From Schizochytrium sp. TIO01 (lineage: Eukaryota > Protista > Bigyra: Labyrinthulomycetes), in contig SMSO01000034.1 in assembly GCA_004764695.1 (NCBI GenBank), positions 1,736,001 to 1,800,000 of the forward strand: 64,000 nt of DNA. Direction: 5' to 3'. The notes below the pieces were generated by a model. That model was not told where the DNA came from, searched no databases, and saw nothing but the letters and a program-made list of their open reading frames with translations. A program made the translations under genes and the position numbers. Below are positions 56,883 through 64,000 of the stretch, piece after piece (the first letter of the stretch is position 1; each line of letters opens with the position of its first letter).

Positions 56883-58316
56883 ATGTCGCTGGAGCTTTCG
56901 CGAAAGGTTTCTGGGCTGCAGGCAGCATCACGAGCTAAGTTATTGGGCTACTTGGTGGTTTGGGCACTGGTGTCATTGCATGTGGTATGCGCGAGCGACT
57001 TGGTGAGATTCACGACAGTAAAGAACGAGGAGGCGCTACAAGAATCCTCAAGATATATTCGTGCAAATTATCGAAGTGAAATACAGCGCGGCGAGACAAA
57101 CGCCGCGAGGTTGTGCGGTGAAGGGCAAACACTAGATTTAAACGTTGAACCAAACAGGGTTTTCATGGAAGGTGCCAAGTTAGACATTGAGGTATCTCTT
57201 GATAAATTTCATCCTGGCCTGTTTGAGTTCCGTGTATGTGATGTAACAAACAAAGCAGGTGACAGCATTTCGCAAGAATGCTTCAATGCCCATGTTTTAG
57301 AGCTCGACACTAGCGATTTCATTAGAGAGCAAGCGATAGGCTTGCCAAACACGAGCCAAACTGTCAATCTCTCTCGCCATTATAACTCAGGCTGGAAATG
57401 CCCAAAAGACAGCCCGCGTGGAAGCTGTTGTAACGATGGTGGGAGCTGTTCGCCGGTCAATGCCAATACCCATAGATTTATGTTGCTTGACAATGAAGAA
57501 AAGTCTCTGACATACAATATGCGGTATAGTTTGCCTCCTGAATTTTCGTGTTCAATGTGCGTATTGCAGTGGCTTTATCAGAGTAGTAGTGGTGATACCA
57601 AGCACTCTAGAACTGCCAGCAGCTACAGGGATTGTACTGTTATTGAAGTTCGTCCTCAGGCCTATACCATTTCTTCTGAAAGTTTAAATGACGATTATGG
57701 CTTGTGGCAACCTGTTAAAAGACGTGAGTACATCGAGCGGCAGATGACTACAGAAACATGCTGGGCAACAAATAGTACTGATCATTCGTTTTGTCGTTCT
57801 GTGGATTGCGCGCAAAAGTGGATTGCTCTTGGTATTTGTACAACAGATGATCCATATGACGGGGTAGTATCAACAGCTGCTCCAACAGCTGCTCCAACAG
57901 CTGCTCCAACAGCTGCTCCAACAGCTGCTCCAACAGCTGCTCCAACTGAAGACCCCTCTAGTTTGATGAACGATTCTGCAACGTCGAACAATACCTTGAC
58001 AGATTCTATAGCAGCATCATCAAAGTCAACTGAAATTGGGGCGATCGTTGGCTCTCTAGGAGGAGCTTTAGTGATGGGAGGAGTTGCTTTAGTCTACATT
58101 CGGAAACGGAAATCCCACCCTTCCTCAGAACTTCACATCGTCCAAGCGATCCCAGTAGCTACCGAAGACTCAAATGATGATCCAGCATCACAACGTCCTA
58201 AACAATCTACAAACCCGTTAATGTTCAGAGGCTTATTTTCCACCCCTTCCAGCGCGAAACCTTCGATACAAGCGAAGGATATTGAGATGGTGGTTGTTGC
58301 CCGACCTGTGGAGTAA
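56883..58316 (+). CDS. Type-I membrane protein with a degenerate LPMO (AA15/chitin-binding type 4-like) ectodomain, Cys module, (TAAP)n stalk, TM helix and cytosolic tail (paralog A)
   Basis: Signal-like N-terminus. LCGE, HPGLFEFRVC, QECFN.HVL, Y.LP..F.C.MCVLQWLY and YRDC motifs. TM IGAIVGSLGGALVMGGVALVYI followed by RKRK. Confidence 0.85.
   Translation: MSLELSRKVSGLQAASRAKLLGYLVVWALVSLHVVCASDLVRFTTVKNEEALQESSRYIRANYRSEIQRGETNAARLCGEGQTLDLNVEPNRVFMEGAKLDIEVSLDKFHPGLFEFRVCDVTNKAGDSISQECFNAHVLELDTSDFIREQAIGLPNTSQTVNLSRHYNSGWKCPKDSPRGSCCNDGGSCSPVNANTHRFMLLDNEEKSLTYNMRYSLPPEFSCSMCVLQWLYQSSSGDTKHSRTASSYRDCTVIEVRPQAYTISSESLNDDYGLWQPVKRREYIERQMTTETCWATNSTDHSFCRSVDCAQKWIALGICTTDDPYDGVVSTAAPTAAPTAAPTAAPTAAPTAAPTEDPSSLMNDSATSNNTLTDSIAASSKSTEIGAIVGSLGGALVMGGVALVYIRKRKSHPSSELHIVQAIPVATEDSNDDPASQRPKQSTNPLMFRGLFSTPSSAKPSIQAKDIEMVVVARPVE
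57870..57946 (+). repeat. Coding 12-bp minisatellite (ACAGCTGCTCCA)x6 encoding a TAAP mucin-like stalk
   Basis: Visible perfect repeats. Confidence 0.95.
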
Positions 58317-58569
58317 TACTCATGCAAGTAAATTACGTTCAGGGATTAAATTGAACCTTTTGCGTCTTATTTTACAATGCTGCTGAAAGATAATTCTACT
58401 GAGCTAGAGGTCGACTATGAAGTTTAAGGAAGACTTGAGGAAGGCTTGATAATATGCGCGTTAAAGATTTAGCGATCTGCTGTATCTAGGGTTATATTCC
58501 AGGGCAAACGGATCCATGTTATAATTATGAGACTGTGGTAAGCTTGAATTGTATTCGGCACAATTCCGG

Positions 58570-58800
58570 AGGTTAGCTTAGCTTGTCTCATCGACCACAA
58601 TTCATATTTTACCATGCTTAATGCTAAGTAATGTGTATGCACACATTCAGTTTTTGGATTTCTTGGATTCCCAACCAGCCAAACATCCCTGGTTGCTTAA
58701 TTCTACTTCTTTGTAGGTCCCAAATTATTGAGGACTTCCATTGGAACACTAAAAACTCTAGCAATGCCTTATCCATTGATTTCTTTGATTGGAGATATTA
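58570..58800 (-). mobile_element. Second, diverged copy of the Fanzor/TnpB 3' end (putative omegaRNA/right end), non-autonomous relic
   Basis: AACTCTAGCAATGCCTTATCCATTGATTTCTTTGATTGGAGAT (58754-58796) aligns with AACTCTAGCAATGTCTTGTCCACTAGTTCCTTCGATTGGAGAT (45260-45302). ATGTGTATGCACACATTCAG aligns with ATGTGTATTCACACTTCTAG. Blocks are collinear and in the same orientation. Confidence 0.7.
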
Positions 58801-60421
58801 GGGCAAATATATTAGCGTACACAATACTGGACATTGAAACTTAATCATTTCGATGTACTTCCTATCAGATTATTCTAAGTTTTCGCTGTTTAATCGTCCC
58901 GAAGTATCTTTTAATATAATTAACGTTAACACCATTTCATTTGTATTCAATATCCATCCCTGAAAGAAATGTAATCGCATGATGTCAATATGCTTGTTTA
59001 TTTGAGCATATCATTAAATCATGTATGCAATACGATAAGAGTTATGGGACAGTAGTAAAACGTTGGGTGCCTTGTACTTCACTGGCCTTTTCTCAGCAAA
59101 CCATGCGTTAAAATGAGACACAATGTGTTCTGCATAGTACTTGAGAACACCCTTCATGCGCTCTGTATTGGTTCCCCATTCCTTTATGATTAATACGATG
59201 GCACATTGTAGTAATGAAAGTTGCCCTGCAATAAGCAAAGGGAATGTGACTGATATTTAGAGTTGAGGTGAATGAGCCAGTCCGTACCGTCAACCCTCTA
59301 TCCAGGTTTATTGTATCCATTTTCTTTGAATATGCAGATGAACTTCTAATCTCACGTATATTGGCTTCTGAAATACACATTTTACAAAAACCATGGCTCT
59401 TTTAGACTTGCAGAGTGTGTCAAAGACTCTGGTGATATCTTATTCACATATATTCTTCGGTCAGACACCTCGATTAAGTAAAACTAAGCCAACACGATGA
59501 GCTAAAGACGTATATTATCCTGATCCATATATAAGCACAGGCACATAAGTGTTATGATGGGAGCTTAAATAAGCCTGTGGGGTTTGTATAGATTCGAAAT
59601 AACAAGTTCGAGAAAGACAAAGTAAGATGTTGAGTCTCTGTTCGGTATGCGTATGAATTTACCTTTTGTAGAAAGTTCGATGACAGAAGGTGATGGATCG
59701 GTCAGAGCTGCCGCTTATTTGAAAAATGATCTAGAATAAGAATTTCTTTTATAAGAGAGAGGCGAACACTATTTGCGGCAGCAAGCCCAAGCCTTGGGCC
59801 TGATAGAATGATAATAACATAGTACTGCAAGACTACTAAAACTACTGGTCTAGGTAGACATTATTATATGCTCTTCCACTCCTCTTAGAGAGAACTTCCG
59901 CGCATCCTGCTAGTGAAGAACATGGAAGCTCTATTCTCTGTTTTCATCATTGGTTCTATTCATCTTTTAACGAGTGCCTTCCAGGAGCAATACCCGGAAA
60001 ATTAAAGCTCTGCAACCTTTGACACTCGCTTATTCTCACTATCCATAAGTGATCCATAACTTCTGAAGGATGAAAGACTCGCTCAGGCCCTACCAATAAT
60101 AGGTAACAGTGCTATGTGCTCTCTAGCTAGGTGTGTGCTTTCGCTAATTTCTCTTTCCCATATTATTATCATAGCGAAGACCCACACATGTCCATGTTTT
60201 AAAATGGACTTTTGGAACTAGACATTTGAAGAGAAGAGAGTAGCACCTAGCAGTTGAGCAACAAGATTCACGCGCTCGAGGTCGCGGAGCTCCTACACCC
60301 AGCGCGGGATGGCCAGTGAGATCTTTTTGTCAGCAGATCAACATTACCCTAAAAACTTGGAAGCGCTGAGGAGCGTACTTGAGAGAGCCTATAGCTTCAG
60401 GCTCTGTAGGATCTCTCGTGG

Positions 60422-61873
60422 ATGTCGCGACAGAAGCTGGCAAGCCTGCGAGCAGGCCTGGAGAATAGGGGGTTAAGGCTAGCATTGAGCGCTGCTTTGC
60501 TGTTGACAATAGCTGGGTCTGTTCATGGCGAAGGTTATTTGTCGTTTCCCCCAGCGCGTAATGTGTTATATGATGGAGGATCCTATGGAAAACGCGCAAT
60601 TCAAATGCTTAATGCAGGAGGGGCTAAAGTCGAGTACTCAAATGGGCATGGCTTATGCGGCGATTGGGCGGGGCGTCGTGAGTTCACCTCACCTCATACG
60701 TACGGCGCAGGTCCGCCTCTCTTCACCTTTTCAGAGGGCGGCAAGATCGATATTAATGTGACAATTACGAAACATCAGTATGGCTATTTTGAGTTTCGGC
60801 TTTGTGTACCGGACGATGGCGGCCTTGACTTAAGTGTACCCATAACTCAGTCCTGTTTAAATACGCATGTCCTCGAATTTGATGAAGACTATGTTAAATC
60901 CAGCTATAATGATGTCATGGAGTCTGGGCGAAGCTCTCCGGCTGATTATGAAGGAAACAGTTATTCGTACTCGTATAGTTCGGGTGAAGATCAAGACTAC
61001 CTTGTTCAGTCTTCAAAGAATTTCAAATGTGAAAGTCTTTCGTCTCGCAATCCAGATGGAAGCTGCTGCAATAACGGTGGTACTTGCTCATCAGCTTCAA
61101 ACAATATCCATCGCTGGGTAGTTCCAAATATCACCGAGGGTGCAATATACACAATGCGATACAAGCTTCCAGAAAATGTAACGTGCGACCGCTGTGTGCT
61201 GCAATGGTACCACCAAACGGGCGATGAATCTACAGCTTATTCCACGTCATCATATTATACTCGTTGGTATCCAGAAGGCTTTTGGAATTGTGCTGACATT
61301 GCCATTGTCTCTGGCAGCTCAAATTCAACAACGGGAACTCAAAGTTCCCAAAGTAATACCACGTCATTTGTAAATGGACGTGAAATTGATGAGAGCATGG
61401 AGTGTTGGTCTGTGAATAGTTCGGATCATGACTTTTGCCGTTTCTATGCTTGTTCTGATCCACTGGTAAGCGCAAACATTTGTACAACAGATCGAAGCCA
61501 ATTGGTGAATATATCTGGCACCACTACGGCAGGCATCTCCGATCAGACTAATACCAGCAGTATTGTCGTTGGCGCTTCTGTAGCTGGAGCAATCGGTGTT
61601 GCCTTTGCTGGTGTTTTGTATTATCGTCGACGACCTGTGCGTTCTAACGAGCCAGTGCAGGCGATTCCTGTAATGCTAGACCAGGAAAGTGGGACTTCGC
61701 CACCATCTGCAAAGCCTGCAAAGACTCGCACACAGTCACTTAAAAATGCTGCAAGCGATCTCATGCGAATGAGTCCTTTTGGTGCTACTACGACGCGGAC
61801 TGAGACGAGAATAATGTTCGCTAAGGAGGTTGAAACGGTTGTTATTGCGAGTCCTGTTTCAGGCCCGCACTAG
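60422..61873 (+). CDS. Type-I membrane protein with an LPMO (AA15-like) ectodomain lacking the His-brace, Cys module, TM helix and cytosolic tail (paralog B)
   Basis: Signal peptide ..AGSVHG then EGYLSFPPARN. GLCGD, GYFEFRLC, ITQSCLN.HVL, YKLP..VTCDRCVLQWY and EGFWNCADIAI motifs. TM IVVGASVAGAIGVAFAGVLYY followed by RRR. Confidence 0.9.
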   Translation: MSRQKLASLRAGLENRGLRLALSAALLLTIAGSVHGEGYLSFPPARNVLYDGGSYGKRAIQMLNAGGAKVEYSNGHGLCGDWAGRREFTSPHTYGAGPPLFTFSEGGKIDINVTITKHQYGYFEFRLCVPDDGGLDLSVPITQSCLNTHVLEFDEDYVKSSYNDVMESGRSSPADYEGNSYSYSYSSGEDQDYLVQSSKNFKCESLSSRNPDGSCCNNGGTCSSASNNIHRWVVPNITEGAIYTMRYKLPENVTCDRCVLQWYHQTGDESTAYSTSSYYTRWYPEGFWNCADIAIVSGSSNSTTGTQSSQSNTTSFVNGREIDESMECWSVNSSDHDFCRFYACSDPLVSANICTTDRSQLVNISGTTTAGISDQTNTSSIVVGASVAGAIGVAFAGVLYYRRRPVRSNEPVQAIPVMLDQESGTSPPSAKPAKTRTQSLKNAASDLMRMSPFGATTTRTETRIMFAKEVETVVIASPVSGPH

Positions 61874-62632
61874 CGGCTATTGCCAGTTATCAAGCTCTTC
61901 TCTAGCAGCGACTTTGAAGAAGAGCGTGCGAATTGCTGTCTATTGTATTGCTATTGATATTTGCAATCATCAGAACATAGCTTTGCGAAGTCTTGAGAAG
62001 GAATATTATACAGAAAGTAAAATAAATGCAATCTGCAAGACGCATTCTCGAAAAGTTTAAAGAAAGTCATTTTTCTTTTTGAGAAATCATTCGTACTATT
62101 CCCCTTTTCTCATATTTAGTAAGTCAATCTTATTCTTCTTGTGCGTTTCTGTGCCCATTTACTTTCCATTGGGAGATCTTCGAGATGAGTTGCCAGGTTG
62201 GTAATATCAGCCTGTGAATCGAGGGTCTCGTTGGAATATAACTATCCTCATTATTATTCTTTCAAAGAGAATATTCGGGTTGGCAAAGTGTATCTTTATC
62301 ACAATGACCAGATTCACCCTCTTTCTTATTGACCGAAGCTCCTTTTCAGCGAGGAGAGCATACACGCCTACCTAATAGTGAGTTCTGGGAACCTTGAACC
62401 TTGAACCAAAGAAAACATTCGTAACTGTCAAACATCTAGTTGCAGAAGTAGGGGCTAGTACCTAGCTTCTCAGCTTCGAGACGACTCTGGACACTATCTT
62501 GCTAGTGAAAGGCGATGCTGGGCCTTTTACAGAAACGCTTCGTGCCGATTGTGTATCGGCCCTTCGTGTAAACTCCAAGCCAATGATCGAACATGCAGCT
62601 TGATAGACTGGCTAATAAGGTGGCTCGACCAA

Positions 62633-62701
62633 ATGATTGATGGTGATAAATGGTTGATTGATGGTGATAAATGGTTGATTGATGGTGATAAATGGTTGAT
62701 T
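62633..62701. repeat. 21-bp minisatellite (TGATTGATGGTGATAAATGGT) x3
   Basis: Visible tandem copies. Confidence 0.9.
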
Positions 62702-63647
62702 TTGCTGTGAGCTTTACCCCCCAACTACAAATAAGTGCAGGGGATTTATTCCTAAAAATGAAAACAAAATGTTTTCGTGCTTGGTGGGATTAAAAATATC
62801 ATCATCGGGGTATGTGCCTTTGTGCAAGCACATGCCTACTCCAAATTTCCCCGTTCATTATTCTATGGGAGTAATAAGTAGTGTCCCTACAAACTGAGCC
62901 TGTGCTTCCGAGCACATAAATTTGATCGCGGACCCACTACATTAAAAAACCTTTACTTCTGCAGTACTTTAGAAATTGAATATAGGTTGCCTTGAATGAA
63001 AAAGGACAAGGCGCAAGAATTCTCGTCCATCCAAGTATGCGGGTTGAGCAAAACTTGTGCACAATCGGAAATCATCACACACCTTTACTAACATGTTCAC
63101 TAACTACAAAGCATTGGGTTCGAGATAAGGTCAGACCATTTGATCCTTGGCTCTCTCTTTGATCCTCCCTCTCATCCTCGAATATTTCTCCATCTATCAT
63201 TTTTCTTCTTCTTCTTATTTTCTTCTGAAGAAAGTAGAAAACAGAGAGCCTTGATTGCCATGATGGCAATTCTGGGGCTTCTCCTCTTCTCTAATCATCA
63301 TGCGATTCACAGCAGCAGCAGAAGCAGTATTAGCGTTCGTACTCCAGCTAGAGTATCAGTCGCATCCAGGGGTCAGATTTTCTCCCAAGGTAACAAAGGG
63401 AACGTTATTGAGTTCATCTGCCTTGGGCCAACCGACTTCCGCGTGTCATTCGAAGTACAGGTTCAATGCCCGTGGCTGCGGATTATTTTTCCCTCTCCGC
63501 CGCCGACAGGTGTGCTACCCAGCCTCCTACCTTTATCCCTAGTCCCCCTAGCGCTGTCTGTCTGCCTGTCAGTCTGTGTGGGCTCCTCATTCATGTTCAC
63601 GTTTCGTTGGAGTTTCCTGCGAACTTCGGCCGCTGACTGGTCTTCCC

Positions 63648-63649
<2 letters not shown>

Positions 63650-63684
<35 letters not shown>
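63650..63684. repeat. (GA)n microsatellite
   Basis: Visible run. Confidence 0.95.
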
Positions 63685-63686
<2 letters not shown>

Positions 63687-63730
63687 CTCTGCTCACAGTA
63701 TCGAACGCCAGTATCGAACAGACGCGAAGA

Positions 63731-64000
63731 AGTTTGAGGAAAGCAAATGGAACGAATGAATGAATGAACAAATAAATGAATAAATGAATGAATGATGAAA
63801 TGATGAAATGATGAAATGAACGAATGAATGAATGAATGAATGAATAAATGAATGAATGAATGTTAATAAATAAACAAATAAATGAATGAATGAATGAATG
63901 AATGAATGAGTGATGAAATGAATGAGTGAATAAATGAATGAATGTTAATAAATAAACAAATAAATGAATAAATGAATGAATAAATGAATGAATAAATGAA
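63731..64000. repeat. Degenerate (GAAT/AAAT)n microsatellite running off the window end
   Basis: Visible run. Confidence 0.93.

Noticed and set aside
63140-63763. 207-aa ORF near the window end
   Set aside because: TTG start, low complexity, runs through (GA)n and has no domain.
63731-64000. Terminal (GAAT)n as a telomere
   Set aside because: It is not a TTAGGG-type repeat, and the same microsatellite occurs internally at ~22950.

Overview
Eukaryotic nuclear DNA with intron-poor genes, occasional GT-AG introns after a tiny first exon, and many (GTTT)n/(GAAT)n microsatellites. A NEDD8 ending QLRGG and a flagellar dynein-associated gene suggest a stramenopile, possibly a thraustochytrid/labyrinthulomycete (inference). 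Genes: NSA2, a RING-CH/MARCH E3 ligase, a Kelch-BTB protein, mitochondrial citrate synthase, then a ~19 kb gene-free stretch. After it come a 2000-aa SAP/IQ/EF-hand/C2H2/BAH-like protein, a WBP2-like GRAM protein, an LRR-like protein, ZMYND12, a Ubl-NEDD8 fusion, a 2728-aa cytidine-deaminase-fold/SAM/EF-hand/23x Tudor protein, a small orphan and two tandem membrane-anchored LPMO-fold paralogs. Main highlights: (1) a frameshifted Fanzor2/TnpB relic at ~45280-45950 (- strand) that the ORF track does not show as such; its 3' non-coding tail (putative omegaRNA/right end) recurs with conserved hairpins at ~58570-58800. (2) The giant Tudor-array protein's deaminase domain has all three Zn-ligand Cys replaced by Ser. 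(3) The two type-I membrane LPMO-fold proteins have broken histidine braces and share cytosolic motifs. All family assignments are by eye from remembered consensus motifs; no searches were run.
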